A DNA stretch of 64,000 nt, from positions 1,945 through 65,944 of the forward strand of contig CAZMSA010000001.1 in the NCBI GenBank assembly GCA_964568825.1, in the 5' to 3' direction. The stretch comes from an uncultured Rhizobiaceae bacterium (lineage in GTDB: Bacteria; Pseudomonadota; Alphaproteobacteria; Rhizobiales; Aestuariivirgaceae). Below the pieces are notes generated by a model, which saw only the letters and a list, made by a program, of their open reading frames with translations, had not been told where the DNA came from and searched no databases. Position numbers and translations under genes: made by a program. Positions 33,880-45,410 of the stretch are shown one piece after another; the first letter of the stretch is position 1; each line of letters starts with the position of its first letter.

Positions 33880-36800
33880 ATGATTTTCGACCTTTTCATT
33901 CGCCGGCCGCGACTGGCCATGGTGATCTCGATGGTCATCACCCTGGCCGGTCTCATCTCGTTGATGGTCATCCCGGTGGCGCAGTATCCCAACATCGCCT
34001 CGCCGACGGTACGGGTGACGACCTCCTATAGCGGTGCCGATGCCGAAACCGTCGAACAAAGCGTGGCGCAACCGCTGGAAGAAGCCATCAACGGCGTCAC
34101 CGGCATGCGCTACATGCAGTCGACGTCGGCCAACGACGGCTCCTACAGCCTGAGCGTCACCTTCGACATCAATACCAATCCCGACATCGACACGGTGAAC
34201 GTGCAGAACCGTGCCAACCTCGCCATATCGAAGCTGCCGCAGGACGTGCGCACCAACGGCTTGACCATCGCCAAGGTGTCGTCCGACATCCTGCAGGTGT
34301 TCATGTTCACCTCGACCAATCCTGCCCACGACCAGCTCTATTTGAGCAATTTCGTCACGCTCAACATTCTCGATGAACTCAAGCGCGTGCCGGGCGTCGG
34401 CGATGCCTCTATTTTTGGGGCCCGCGACTATTCCATGCGCATCTGGGTCGATCCCGAAAAGCTCGCCGGCTACGGACTGACCACCAACGACATCATAAAC
34501 GCGGTGCGCTCGCAAAACGTCCAGGCTGCCGCCGGGCGCATCGGTGCCGCCCCCCTCGGCCCCAACCAGCGCCTCGAGCTCACCGTCACCACCAAGGGTC
34601 GCCTGTCATCGCCAGATGCCTTCGGCAACATCATCTTGCGCGGCGAGCCTGACGGCTCTTTCGTGCGCCTCAAGAACGTGGCGCGCATCGAGCTGGACGC
34701 CGCCAGTTTCGACACCATCGCCCGCTACCGCGGCAGCCCCGTGGCCCCCATCGGCATCTACCTGGCGCCCGGCGCCAACGCCGTGGCGGTGGCCACCGCC
34801 GTTTCCAAGCGCCTTGAGGAGTTGAAGTCGCGGTTTCCCCCCGGCGTTTCCTATTCCTACGTCTACAACACCGCCGCCTTCGTCTCCTCGATGATGTGGA
34901 AGGTGGCGACCACGCTGCTGGAGGCCTTCGCGCTGGTGGCGCTGGTGGTGTTCATCTTCCTCGGCCGCCTGAGGGCCACCCTCATCCCGCTCATCGCCGT
35001 GCCGGTGGCCATCGTCGGCACCTTCGCGGTGCTCCTGGCCTTCGGCTATTCCGCCAACACCATTTCGCTGCTCGCCCTGGTGCTGGCCATCGGCATCGTG
35101 GTCGATGACGCCATCATCGTGGTGGAAAATGTCGAGCGCGTCATGGAGGAGCACCCCGACCTGTCGCCCGCCGACGCCACCCGCCGGGCCATGGGCGAAA
35201 TCTACGGGCCGATCATCGCCATCACCCTGGTGCTGTTGTCGGTGTTCATTCCCGTCGCCTTTCTGCCCGGCTCGTCCGGTGCGCTGTTCCGGCAATTCGC
35301 CGTCACCATCTGCGCCGCCATGGTGATCTCGGCCACCAACGCGCTGACCCTGTCGCCGGCGCTGTGCTCGCTGCTGCTGCGCCCCGGCCCGCCCCTGCCC
35401 GGCATGGGCCGCGTCACCGGCGCCATCGAGCGCATCCGCAACGGCTATGCCTCGGCGGTGGGCGGCCTGGTCAAGGTATCGCTCGTCGGCCTGCTGATTG
35501 TCGCGGCCATGGGCGGGGCGGTCTATTTCCTCCTCAAGCACACGCCCTCCGGCTTCTTGCCGGAAGAAGACAGGGGCTTCCTCATCGCCATCTACAACCT
35601 GCCCCCTGGCGCCTCCATCAACCGCACAAGCGCTGCCGCCGCCAAGGCCGAGGCCATCGTGATGAAGGACCCTGCGGTCGACGGCGTGGTGTCGGTGATC
35701 GGTCTCGACTTCCTCGGTGGCGGTACCTCATCGAGTGCCGGCGTCGCCTTCATTCGCCTGAAACCCTATGATCAGCGCACCAGTCCATCGATGAGCGCAT
35801 CGGCAGTGGCCCGGCGGCTGTTCGGGGCGCTTGCGCAAATTCCCGACGGCACCTTCTTTGCGGTCAATCCGCCGGCCATTTCCGGCATCGGGCGAACCGG
35901 CGGCTTCGAGTATATCCTCGAGGGCCTGCAAGGCCAGCAACCCACCGCCATGGCGGCAGTGATGCGCGGGCTCATCGTCAAGGCCAACCAGGACCCCGCC
36001 CTGTCGCGGGTGTTTTCCACCTACCAGGCTGCCACGCCGGAGGTCCGCCTCGACATCGACCGCGACAAGGTCCAGACCCTTGGGGTCAACCTGTCGGACG
36101 TCTTTGCGGCTCTGCAATCGACGCTGGGCGGCTATTACATCAACGACTTCAACCTGTTCGGGCGCACCTGGACCGTTCGCCTGCAGGCCGAGGAGAAATT
36201 CCGCTCCTCCATCAATTCCATCTATGCGATCCAGGTGCGCAATGCGGCCGGCCAGATGATCCCGCTGTCGTCGCTTGCCCGCGCCAGCTTCGACGTCGGC
36301 CCGCGCACCATCGTGCGCTACAACAACTATCGCGCCATCTCCATCAACGGCAATCCCGGTCCCGGTCATGGCGACGGTGACGCCATCGCCGCCATGGAGC
36401 GCGTATCGGCCTCGACGCTGCCGGCCGGTTATGGCTTCGAATGGACCGGCCAGGCGCTGGAGCAGAAACTGGCAGCGGGGCAGACACCGCTGCTGATCGG
36501 CTTTGCGCTGGTGTTCTCCTTCCTGTTCCTGGTCGGCTTGTATGAAAGCTGGAACATTCCCATACCCGTGCTGCTGTCGGTGGTGGTGGCCATTCTCGGC
36601 GCCATGATCTCGCTGGCCGTAACGCACCTGACTTTCGTGCTCTACGTGCAGATCGGCATCGTGGTCCTCATCGCGCTGGCAGCGAAGAATTCCATCCTGA
36701 TCACCGAATTCTCGTTGCTGCGCCGCGCCGAGGGCCAGTCGATCCGTCAGGCCGCCGTGACGGGTGCCCGCCAGCGGTTCCGGCCGGTGATGATGACCAG

Positions 36801-37032
36801 CCTCGCCTTCGTCTTCGGCATGAGCCCGCTTCTGCACGCCAACGGCCCCGGCGCTTCCAGCATGTTCGCCGTCGGCCTGCCGGTTGTCGCCGGCATGCTG
36901 GCCTCGGCGCTCATCGGCATTTTCCTCATCCCGATGCTGTTCGTCACCTTCCAGACCATGCGCGAGGGTACCCACAGGCATACCCATCACGCGCCCTCAT
37001 CGAGCAGCGGCGACGGGCATGGACAGGCCTAG
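33880..37032 (+). CDS. RND (AcrB/HAE1-type) efflux permease
   Basis: At 1050 aa it starts [24 protein letters not shown], has a duplicated 6-TM plus large-loop organisation and the motif [14 protein letters not shown]. Confidence 0.9.
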   Translation: MIFDLFIRRPRLAMVISMVITLAGLISLMVIPVAQYPNIASPTVRVTTSYSGADAETVEQSVAQPLEEAINGVTGMRYMQSTSANDGSYSLSVTFDINTNPDIDTVNVQNRANLAISKLPQDVRTNGLTIAKVSSDILQVFMFTSTNPAHDQLYLSNFVTLNILDELKRVPGVGDASIFGARDYSMRIWVDPEKLAGYGLTTNDIINAVRSQNVQAAAGRIGAAPLGPNQRLELTVTTKGRLSSPDAFGNIILRGEPDGSFVRLKNVARIELDAASFDTIARYRGSPVAPIGIYLAPGANAVAVATAVSKRLEELKSRFPPGVSYSYVYNTAAFVSSMMWKVATTLLEAFALVALVVFIFLGRLRATLIPLIAVPVAIVGTFAVLLAFGYSANTISLLALVLAIGIVVDDAIIVVENVERVMEEHPDLSPADATRRAMGEIYGPIIAITLVLLSVFIPVAFLPGSSGALFRQFAVTICAAMVISATNALTLSPALCSLLLRPGPPLPGMGRVTGAIERIRNGYASAVGGLVKVSLVGLLIVAAMGGAVYFLLKHTPSGFLPEEDRGFLIAIYNLPPGASINRTSAAAAKAEAIVMKDPAVDGVVSVIGLDFLGGGTSSSAGVAFIRLKPYDQRTSPSMSASAVARRLFGALAQIPDGTFFAVNPPAISGIGRTGGFEYILEGLQGQQPTAMAAVMRGLIVKANQDPALSRVFSTYQAATPEVRLDIDRDKVQTLGVNLSDVFAALQSTLGGYYINDFNLFGRTWTVRLQAEEKFRSSINSIYAIQVRNAAGQMIPLSSLARASFDVGPRTIVRYNNYRAISINGNPGPGHGDGDAIAAMERVSASTLPAGYGFEWTGQALEQKLAAGQTPLLIGFALVFSFLFLVGLYESWNIPIPVLLSVVVAILGAMISLAVTHLTFVLYVQIGIVVLIALAAKNSILITEFSLLRRAEGQSIRQAAVTGARQRFRPVMMTSLAFVFGMSPLLHANGPGASSMFAVGLPVVAGMLASALIGIFLIPMLFVTFQTMREGTHRHTHHAPSSSSGDGHGQA

Positions 37033-37246
37033 ATCATGATCCACACTTCCCTCGCCGTCTCCTCCACGAAGGCGAGCTTTTGCCACTGCTCATCCTCGCT
37101 GAGGACGCTGTCCTCCTGGGTGGAAGCAAAGCCGCATCGCGGCGACAAGCCTCGATGCCTCCAAAGGGCGGGATGCGACAAGCCGCCGTTGTACGGCTTG
37201 GCCTTCCTGTGGCACCTTGGCGAACCTTAGCTGTCCGGATCCCACC

Positions 37247-38560
37247 ATGCACCCAGCCCCCGCCCTCGAGCGAGCCGACTTTCTCCCGCTCACCGACATC
37301 GCCCGGATTCAGGCCGAGCGCTGGCGCCAGCAGGCGGCGTGGGTGAGCGAGGCATCACCCTTCTATCGGGCGCTGCATGGCGGCCGTCCGCTCACCGGAC
37401 ACCTTGATGAGCTGGCCGACCTCGGGTTCACCGACAAGGACATGCTGCGCGCCGACCAAGCCGCCCATCCGCCGTTCGGATCGTATCTTGCGGCCCCTGC
37501 CGAGGCCATCTCGCGCATCCACCGCACCTCCGGCACGACGGGTGTGGCCATGAACCTCGCCTTGAGCGCCGCCGATGCCGCGATGACCGCCAGGGTCGGC
37601 GGCCGCGCCCAGGCCGCCGGCGGCCTCGGGCCCGGCCACCGCGTCGTCCATTGCCTCAACTACCAGCTCTGGATGGGCGGCTATACCGACCATGCCACCC
37701 TGGAGGCGACCGGGGCCACGGTCATCCCCTACGGCGTCGGCTCGACTGCCGGCCTGGTGCGCGTCATCCGCGAACTGAAGGTAACGGCGATTTCCTGCAC
37801 CCCTTCCTATCCGGCGGTGCTCGAACGGGTGATCGCCGAACATTTCCCCGGCCTCAAACCCCGCGATCTCGGCCTGAAGCTCGGCATGTTCGGCGGTGAG
37901 GCGGGCCTCGATGAGCCCCAATTCCGCGCTCGGATCGAGGCCACCTGGGGTTTTCAGGCGCGCAATTCCAACTATGGCGTCTCCGATGTGCTGTGCAATT
38001 TCGCCGGCCAGAGCGAAGTCTCGAACGACCTGCATTTCGTCGGCCTCGATGTCCTCTACCCGCAACTCGTCGACCCCGAAAGCGGCACCCTGCGCCCCTG
38101 GGCCGAGGGCGAGACGGGCGAACTGGTCCTCACCCATCTCGCCAAACAGTGCCAGCCGCTGGTTCGCTTCCGCTCCGGCGACATCATCACCCTGACCGCG
38201 ACCGGCACCGCGCGTTGCGGCCGCACCGCCCCGCGCTTCAGGGTCGTCGGGCGCTCCGACGACATGGTGGTGGTGCGTGGTCTCAACATGTTTCCGGCCA
38301 TGGTGGCCGGGGTGATCGCCGGCTTTGCCGAACTGTCGGGCGAATACCGCATCGTCCTCGATACCCCGCCGCCCTACGATCTGCTGCCGGTGGAGGCCGA
38401 ATTGGCCGAGGGCGACAAGGCTGAGCCCGGCCTTGCCGAAGCGGTCGCAAAGCGCATAAAGAGCGCACTCGGCGCCACCGCCCGGGTGCAGCTTTGCGAC
38501 TTCAACACCCTGCCCCGCAGCGAAGGCAAGACCCGTCGCGTGATAAGGACCCATCGATGA
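37247..38560 (+). CDS. phenylacetate-CoA ligase (PaaK)/F390-synthetase family adenylating enzyme
   Basis: The AMP-binding motif HRTSGTTG, YGVSDV and DMVVVRGLNMFP are present. Confidence 0.75.
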   Translation: MHPAPALERADFLPLTDIARIQAERWRQQAAWVSEASPFYRALHGGRPLTGHLDELADLGFTDKDMLRADQAAHPPFGSYLAAPAEAISRIHRTSGTTGVAMNLALSAADAAMTARVGGRAQAAGGLGPGHRVVHCLNYQLWMGGYTDHATLEATGATVIPYGVGSTAGLVRVIRELKVTAISCTPSYPAVLERVIAEHFPGLKPRDLGLKLGMFGGEAGLDEPQFRARIEATWGFQARNSNYGVSDVLCNFAGQSEVSNDLHFVGLDVLYPQLVDPESGTLRPWAEGETGELVLTHLAKQCQPLVRFRSGDIITLTATGTARCGRTAPRFRVVGRSDDMVVVRGLNMFPAMVAGVIAGFAELSGEYRIVLDTPPPYDLLPVEAELAEGDKAEPGLAEAVAKRIKSALGATARVQLCDFNTLPRSEGKTRRVIRTHR

Positions 38561-39318
38561 GCGAAACCACCTATTCCACCGTCCTGTCCAGCCTCGGCGA
38601 CAACGGCGTCAGGACCATCACCCTCAACCGGCCGCAAAACCTCAACGCCATGAACCGCCAGCTCATCGACGATGTGGCGGCCGCGTTTGACGACGCCAAC
38701 GCCGATGCCGCCACCCGCGCCATCATATTCACCGGGGCGGGGCGCGCCTTTTGCGCCGGCGACGATCGCCACGAACACGTCCACCCCGAAAGCGAGGCGG
38801 CGGCTCGCGATCTGGTCGATGCCATCCAGCGCGCCACCCGCGCCATCGTGTTCGGCGACACACCGGTCATCGGGGCAATCAACGGCTGGGCGGTGGGCGG
38901 CGGCTTCGAATGGGCCATCAACTGCGATTTCCCCATCTGGGGCGAGACGGCGCGCGGCTTCTTTCCCGAAGTCTCGCTCAACCTCTTCGTCACCGGCGGC
39001 GTGACGTCGCTGCTGCCGGCGCTGGCCGGCCTCAACCGGGCCCGCGAAATGCTGTTCTTCGGCGAGCGCTACGATGCCCGCACCCTGCTCGATTATGGCG
39101 TTGCCTGGCGGGTGGTGCCCGACGGATCGCTGCTGGGCGAGGCTCAAACGGTCGCCGAACGCCTCGCCGCCCTGCCGCCGCTGGCTGCCCGCGCCATGAA
39201 GCGGGTTCTCAGCGCCACCGCCCAAAGCCATCTGGAGGGCGCCCTGCGGCTGGAAACCGAAGCCACCGTGACCGGCTTCCTCGATCCCGAGACGACCCGG
39301 CTGTTGAAGAGTTTCTAG
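38557..39318 (+). CDS. enoyl-CoA hydratase/isomerase (crotonase) family protein
   Basis: An ATGA overlap links it to the ligase gene. The oxyanion-hole regions FTGAGRAFCAGDD and INGWAVGGGFEWAINCD are present. Confidence 0.85.
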   Translation: MSETTYSTVLSSLGDNGVRTITLNRPQNLNAMNRQLIDDVAAAFDDANADAATRAIIFTGAGRAFCAGDDRHEHVHPESEAAARDLVDAIQRATRAIVFGDTPVIGAINGWAVGGGFEWAINCDFPIWGETARGFFPEVSLNLFVTGGVTSLLPALAGLNRAREMLFFGERYDARTLLDYGVAWRVVPDGSLLGEAQTVAERLAALPPLAARAMKRVLSATAQSHLEGALRLETEATVTGFLDPETTRLLKSF

Positions 39319-39369
39319 TTCACACTCCACTCCAGCAACACGCCCCAGGCCGTTGCAACTACTCCGGAA

Positions 39370-40332
39370 TCACTTGCCTAGGCAATCGACCAGCGCCTTG
39401 GCGTTGCGCTGCATCAAGGCGATGTAGAGGTCCGGGCCCTTGGGGATATCGGCACCCAACGGATCGAGCACGCCGACCCGGGCGCCGGTTCCCTCGCGCA
39501 CCACATCGACGATGGCGGGCGCGAATTCCGGCTCGGAGAAGATGCACCGCACACCCAGCGCCTTGATCCGCTGGCGCATGGCCGCCACCCGCTTTGCCCC
39601 CGGTTCGATCTCCGGCGCGATGGTGATCGATCCGGCGGCGTTGAGAACAAAGCGCTTTTCCAGGTACTGGTAGGCGTCGTGGAAGACGATGAACGGCTTT
39701 TTCCTGACCGGCGACAGTTCATCCTGCATCTGCTTGCCGAGCGTCGCTATGCGATGTTTGAGCTGTTCGGCATTGGCCTGGTAGGCGGCCGCGTCGACGG
39801 GATCGGCCTCGCCCAGCACCGCGGCTATCCGATCGGCCATGCGAGCGGCATTTATCGGATCGAGCCACATGTGCATGTCGGTGGTTCCGGCGATCTCATC
39901 GCCGTCGCTGTCCGGCTCCCAGGCACCGCCCTGGCGCACCCGATAGCGCGCCAGGCCCGGCGTCTCCGACAACGCCACGATATGCGCGTTAGCGGCCAGC
40001 GCCTCAAGCGGTTTGACCAGAAAACGCTCCAGTCCGGGACCCATCCAGAATACCACCCGGGCATCCTGCAGGGCCGCGGCGTCGGAAGGCTTCAGGGTAT
40101 AGGTATGGGGCGAATAGCCGCCCGCGACGATCAGATAGGGCTCGCCATGCCCCTGCATCACCGCCGCCACCAGCGAATGCAAGGGCTTGATGGAGGCGAC
40201 CACCCGCACATCCGCGCCAACCGGCAAGGTCGATCCCGACGCCAGCCACAATGCGCCCAAGAGGCCGGCGGCCGTCACCCGCCGCGTCACCCGCCACACC
40301 GCGCGCCACGACCATCGCATCCTCATCGCCAA
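39370..40332 (-). CDS. znuA: zinc ABC transporter substrate-binding protein
   Basis: It is a cluster A-I SBP (SIKPLHSLVAAV, YSPHTYTLKPSD, DMHMWLDP). It is divergent from znuCB-zur, with Zur boxes in between. Confidence 0.85.
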   Translation of the reverse strand: MAMRMRWSWRAVWRVTRRVTAAGLLGALWLASGSTLPVGADVRVVASIKPLHSLVAAVMQGHGEPYLIVAGGYSPHTYTLKPSDAAALQDARVVFWMGPGLERFLVKPLEALAANAHIVALSETPGLARYRVRQGGAWEPDSDGDEIAGTTDMHMWLDPINAARMADRIAAVLGEADPVDAAAYQANAEQLKHRIATLGKQMQDELSPVRKKPFIVFHDAYQYLEKRFVLNAAGSITIAPEIEPGAKRVAAMRQRIKALGVRCIFSEPEFAPAIVDVVREGTGARVGVLDPLGADIPKGPDLYIALMQRNAKALVDCLGK

Positions 40333-40359
40333 ATCTCCCTCACCGGATCCGATCGCGAT

Positions 40360-40405
40360 ATGTTATGACATAACATTTGTTGTGTAATGCTATAACATAT
40401 GGCAT
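40360..40405. promoter_or_regulatory. two Zur-box-like AT-rich palindromes in the znuA/znuC divergent promoter
   Basis: ATGTTATG-A-CATAACAT (40360-40376) has perfect 8-bp arms. ATGCTATAACAT (40387-40398) has one mismatch from a perfect palindrome. Confidence 0.7.
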
Positions 40406-40439
40406 AAGGGCGCACAACAGCCCTTTCCGGAAGCACCAG

Positions 40440-41247
<808 letters not shown>

Positions 41248-41255
<8 letters not shown>

Positions 41256-42063
41256 TGACTTCTTCGTCCGCGCCCTTTTGGCCGGCATCGGCGTGGCGCT
41301 GGTTGCCGGGCCCTTCGGCTGCTTCATCATCTGGCGGCGCATGGCCTATTTCGGCGATACCATGGCTCATTCGGCCCTGCTCGGCGTGGCCCTTGCACTG
41401 CTGTTCAAGCTACCGTTGGGGCTGGCGGTGTTCGCGGTCGCCGCCGGTGTTTCGCTGGCGCTGCTGGCGTTGCAGCGGCGCGGCTCGCTGTCGTCCGATT
41501 CAATCCTCGGCATCCTCTCCCACTCGACCCTTGCCGTCGGCCTCGTGCTCATCGCCTTGATGACCTGGGTGAGGGTCGATCTCATGGCCTTCCTGTTCGG
41601 CGACATCCTGGCGGTGACGCGTGCCGACATCGCCATCATCTGGCTGGGCGGGGTGCTGGTGGTGGCCGCCCTCGTGTGGCTGTGGCGCCCGCTGCTGGCC
41701 GCAACCGTCAATCCCGAGCTGGCCGCCGCCGAGGGCCTCAATCCGGAGCGATCCCGCCTGCTGTTCATGCTCTTGATGGCCCTCGTCATCGCCATCGCCA
41801 TGAAGATCGTCGGCGTGCTGCTCATTACCGCGCTGCTCATCATCCCCGCCGCCACCGCCCGCCGGTTTGCCGCAACGCCCGAGGCCATGGCCGCCTTGGC
41901 TGCCCTGACCGGCGCCACAGCCGCCGTCTGCGGCCTGTTCGGCTCGCTGAAGCTGGACACCCCCTCGGGGCCGTCCATGGTGGTGGCCGCTCTCGTGTTC
42001 TTCCTCGTCAGCCTGATACCGGGGCTTGCCCGCGGCACCCTGGAGCAAGGAAACCGCCCATGA
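41248..42063 (+). CDS. znuB: zinc ABC transporter permease
   Basis: ATG 41248 overlaps the znuC stop. It is an ABC-3 family polytopic membrane protein (MLDDFFVRALLAGIGVAL...). Confidence 0.85.
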
Positions 42064-42464
42064 CCGACCAGCCCCGCCTCACTCGCAACCAGTCCCTCGT
42101 CTTCAATACCCTTGGCAAGGCCGAAGGACCGTTGAGCGCCTATGGCATCCTCGATGAAGTCCGCGCCGCCGGTATCCGCGCGCCCTTGCAGGTCTACCGC
42201 GCCCTCGACCGGCTGATGGCGCTCGGCCTCGTCCACCGGCTGGAAAGCCTCAATGCCTTCGTTGCCTGCTGTCGTCCCCACCACCACGCCGAAGGCGCCA
42301 TGATCGCCTTTGCCATCTGCGAAGGCTGCGGACAGGTCTCCGAATTCTCCGACGCCGAGGTCGCCCGCCGCCTGTCGCGCTGGACCACGGCCCATGCCTT
42401 CCATCCGACCAAGACCACCATCGAGATCCGCGGCCACTGCCGGGCCTGCGCGACGGCCGCGTGA
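42060..42464 (+). CDS. zur: Fur-family zinc uptake regulator
   Basis: An ATGA overlap links it to znuB. It has a winged helix (YRALDRLMALGLVHRLESLN) and the metal sites CEGCG and HCRAC. Confidence 0.85.
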   Translation: MTDQPRLTRNQSLVFNTLGKAEGPLSAYGILDEVRAAGIRAPLQVYRALDRLMALGLVHRLESLNAFVACCRPHHHAEGAMIAFAICEGCGQVSEFSDAEVARRLSRWTTAHAFHPTKTTIEIRGHCRACATAA

Positions 42465-42558
42465 GGACACCGCGCCCGGACGGCAGCGGCAGGTAGTGTC
42501 TGGACCGGCCCGACCGGAGTGACCATACTCACTCCCACCTCGAACCCCGGCCCGGCAG

Positions 42559-44505
42559 ATGCGACCCCTGATTGCCAAGACCCGAACCATTGCCGGCCTG
42601 ACCATGGCGGGCCTTGTGCTGATCGTCATCCTTGCTGTCAGCCTGCCTTTCGTGCGTCTGGCCGACAACGCCTTGCGCGACTTCCTGCTCACCACCGCCT
42701 CGCCGTGGACCACCCCGCCCAAGGACATCGTCATCGTGGCGATCACCGAGGACACACTAAAGGACTTTGCCTACCGCTCGCCCATCGATCGCGGCTTCCT
42801 CGCCAGGATACTGACGAAGATTCTCGCCGCCGGCCCCAAGGTGGTTGGCCTCGACATTCTCTTCGACCAGGCAACCGAGCCCGCCAAGGATGAAGCCTTG
42901 CGGGCCGTCCTGAAGAGCGCCCCCCACCCGGTCATCATCGCCTATGCCGATGCCGCCAACGGGCTGACATCGCACCAGTCCGCCTATCTCGCCCACTTTT
43001 CCGAAGGCCTGGCCACCGGCGCCGTCGACATCGCCAAGGATCGCGCCGACGGCACCGTGCGGAACTTCTTGCCCGGCCACGACCATGGTGACCAATGGCA
43101 TCCCTCTTTGGTCGCGGCGATGGCGGCAACTCAAGCCATCCCCGTGCCCCGGCAGGCACTGCCCATGACCTACTACCGCAGGCCCGGCGGCGAGCCCTAC
43201 GCTTTCCCCGAATACCCCGCACAGACCGTCGCCTTGCTGCCGACCGCCTGGTTCAAGGACAAATACGTCCTGATTGGCACCGATCTTCCCGCCGACGATC
43301 GCCACCGCACGCCGTTCGCCCTCATCAATGGCCCCGCGCGCGGCACCCTGGCGGGCGTCGTCATCCATGCCCAGGCTCTGGCGCAAATCATCGCCGGCGA
43401 CCACCTCACGCTCGTCCGCGGTCCGCTGATGGGATTGCTGACCGCCTTCCTGGTGGGCCTGTCGATCGCCGTTGCCTACGTCAATGCCAGCCCTTACCGG
43501 CGCGTCTTGCTGGTCCTGTTGCTGCTGTTGGCGCTATGGGGCGCCGGCTTCGCCATGTTCCACTATCGCGGCACCTACGTGCACATGGTGCTGCCCAGCC
43601 TGGCCATCGCCATCGCCAACGGGCTTGCCTCGACCCATCTGTGGTACCGCGACCGGCAGGAGCGGCGGTTCATCGAAAATGCCTTTTCCCATTATGTAAG
43701 CCCCGCCTATGTCCACTCCCTCATCGCCCATCCCGAACAGTTGCGCCTCGGCGGTGAGCGTCGCGAGGTGACCTATGTGTTCACCGACATCGCCGGCTTC
43801 ACCACCCTTGCCGAATCGACCGATCCGGAGGTCATGTCGCGCCTCCTCAACAGCTATCTGGACGGGCTTTGCGGCCTGTTTCTCGAACACGGCGCCACCA
43901 TCGACAAGCTGATCGGCGACGCCGTGGTAGGCTTCTTCGGTGCCCCGATCGAACAACCCGACCACGCCGAGCGGGCCGTCAGCCTGGTTCTGGCGATTGA
44001 CGCCTTCAGCCAGTCGTTCCGCAAGACCCAGGCCGAGAACGGACTGGCGCTCGGCGTCACCCGCATCGGCGCCCATACCGGGCCCGCCATCATCGGCAAT
44101 TTCGGCGGCAAGAAGTTCTTCGATTATACCGGCCTCGGCGACACCGTGAATACCGCCGCCCGCCTGGAGGGGGCGAACAAGGTTTTCGGCACCCGCGTCT
44201 GCGTTTCCGGCCCGGTTGCCGCCCTCAGCCCCGCCCACCGCTTCCGCCCCATCGCCAGCGTCGTGCTGAAGGGCAAGCACGAAGCCGTCGACGTCCTCCA
44301 GCCGCTCGGGCCAGACAGCCTCGATGGCGAACTCGAAGTCGCCTACCGCGCCGCCTACGCCTTGATCGAACGCGGCGACGCGAGCGCTCTGGCTGCCGTC
44401 GAGGACCTCGCGGCGCGCTGGCCGGACGATCCGCTGGTCGAATTCCATCTTCAGCGCTTGCGCCGCGGCGAAACCGGGGTCAGAATCGCCATGACCGAAA
44501 AATGA
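42559..44505 (+). CDS. CHASE2-sensor class III adenylate/guanylate cyclase
   Basis: An N-terminal periplasmic CHASE2-like region is followed by 3 TM. Cyclase motifs are TYVFTDIAGFTTLAE, GDAVVGFFGAP and GLGDTVNTAARLEG. Confidence 0.85.
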   Translation: MRPLIAKTRTIAGLTMAGLVLIVILAVSLPFVRLADNALRDFLLTTASPWTTPPKDIVIVAITEDTLKDFAYRSPIDRGFLARILTKILAAGPKVVGLDILFDQATEPAKDEALRAVLKSAPHPVIIAYADAANGLTSHQSAYLAHFSEGLATGAVDIAKDRADGTVRNFLPGHDHGDQWHPSLVAAMAATQAIPVPRQALPMTYYRRPGGEPYAFPEYPAQTVALLPTAWFKDKYVLIGTDLPADDRHRTPFALINGPARGTLAGVVIHAQALAQIIAGDHLTLVRGPLMGLLTAFLVGLSIAVAYVNASPYRRVLLVLLLLLALWGAGFAMFHYRGTYVHMVLPSLAIAIANGLASTHLWYRDRQERRFIENAFSHYVSPAYVHSLIAHPEQLRLGGERREVTYVFTDIAGFTTLAESTDPEVMSRLLNSYLDGLCGLFLEHGATIDKLIGDAVVGFFGAPIEQPDHAERAVSLVLAIDAFSQSFRKTQAENGLALGVTRIGAHTGPAIIGNFGGKKFFDYTGLGDTVNTAARLEGANKVFGTRVCVSGPVAALSPAHRFRPIASVVLKGKHEAVDVLQPLGPDSLDGELEVAYRAAYALIERGDASALAAVEDLAARWPDDPLVEFHLQRLRRGETGVRIAMTEK

Positions 44506-44547
44506 CCGCAAAAAGCAGTCGAGCCGCTTGAATGTCGGAGAAATACC

Positions 44548-45294
44548 ATGCCGCGCCTCATATTAGCCCTTGTCATGCTGGCCTGCCTCGCGGGCCTCGC
44601 ACCCAGCGCCCGGGCCAGCGAGGTTCTGGTGGTGATCGACGCCGCCGGGACGGGCACCGATCTGCAGCCGGGCACCACAGTCAACTTCGATGATTCCATT
44701 TCGCTGCCCGCCGGCGCCCGCCTGTCGCTGCTCAACCAGGAAGGCCGGCTGGTTCTCGTCAAGGGACCCTTCGACGGCGAGCTTTCGAGCGCCGTTGCCG
44801 CGTCCAAGACCAAGCCGGGCGATGACGGCATCATGGAAAAGATCGGCGGCCTCATGGAGGGCAAGGATTCGGTCGTGGCGTTCGGCGCCTCGCGCGCCCT
44901 GGGCACCGCCCCCACCGACCCGGTGCCGCACCCGACCCTCATCAGCGTCATGGCGCCGGGACCGCGCTGCATCGTCGCCACGTCGCCGCAACTGTGGCGC
45001 AAGGATGCCACCTCGACTGAAAGCCTCAACCTGACTGGCCCCGGTGGCAAGTCCGTCACGCTCACCTGGCCGGCCGGCAAGGACCGCATCGCCATGCCCG
45101 CGGCCTTCATGGTCGACCATGCCAAAATCGAGGCGAGCCTTGCCGGTAAAGAGGTGACCCTCACCCTCAACCTGCCACCGTCGAACGTACGCAACGTGGC
45201 GGAGATCCTCGCCTGGCTGGGCGAGCGCCATTGCAATGGCCAGGCGGCCGCTCTCTTGAAGATCCTCCGTCAGGAAGCGCGCGCCGCCCATTAG
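44548..45294 (+). CDS. exported hypothetical protein downstream of the CHASE2 cyclase
   Basis: It has a signal peptide LILALVMLACLAGLAPSARA. I recognise no family. Confidence 0.5.
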   Translation: MPRLILALVMLACLAGLAPSARASEVLVVIDAAGTGTDLQPGTTVNFDDSISLPAGARLSLLNQEGRLVLVKGPFDGELSSAVAASKTKPGDDGIMEKIGGLMEGKDSVVAFGASRALGTAPTDPVPHPTLISVMAPGPRCIVATSPQLWRKDATSTESLNLTGPGGKSVTLTWPAGKDRIAMPAAFMVDHAKIEASLAGKEVTLTLNLPPSNVRNVAEILAWLGERHCNGQAAALLKILRQEARAAH

Positions 45295-45399
45295 ATCAGG
45301 ATGACTTTGGATCTCGTCGATCCAAAGTCATGAACCTGATCGATTTCAATAAGATAGAGCATGATGTTATCCCAATAGTGGTATCCACTTTTCGGCATC
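45294..45399 (-). repeat. about 105-bp structured intergenic repeat, copy B (inverted relative to copy A at 14155-14257)
   Basis: The reverse complement aligns with copy A through GCCGAAAAGTGG...GGATAACATCATGCTCT.TCTTATTG.AATCGATCAGG. The distal hairpin has different bases but pairing is preserved (ATGACTTTGGATC/GATCCAAAGTCAT). Confidence 0.85.
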
Positions 45400-45410
45400 A
45401 GGCTCTGAAC

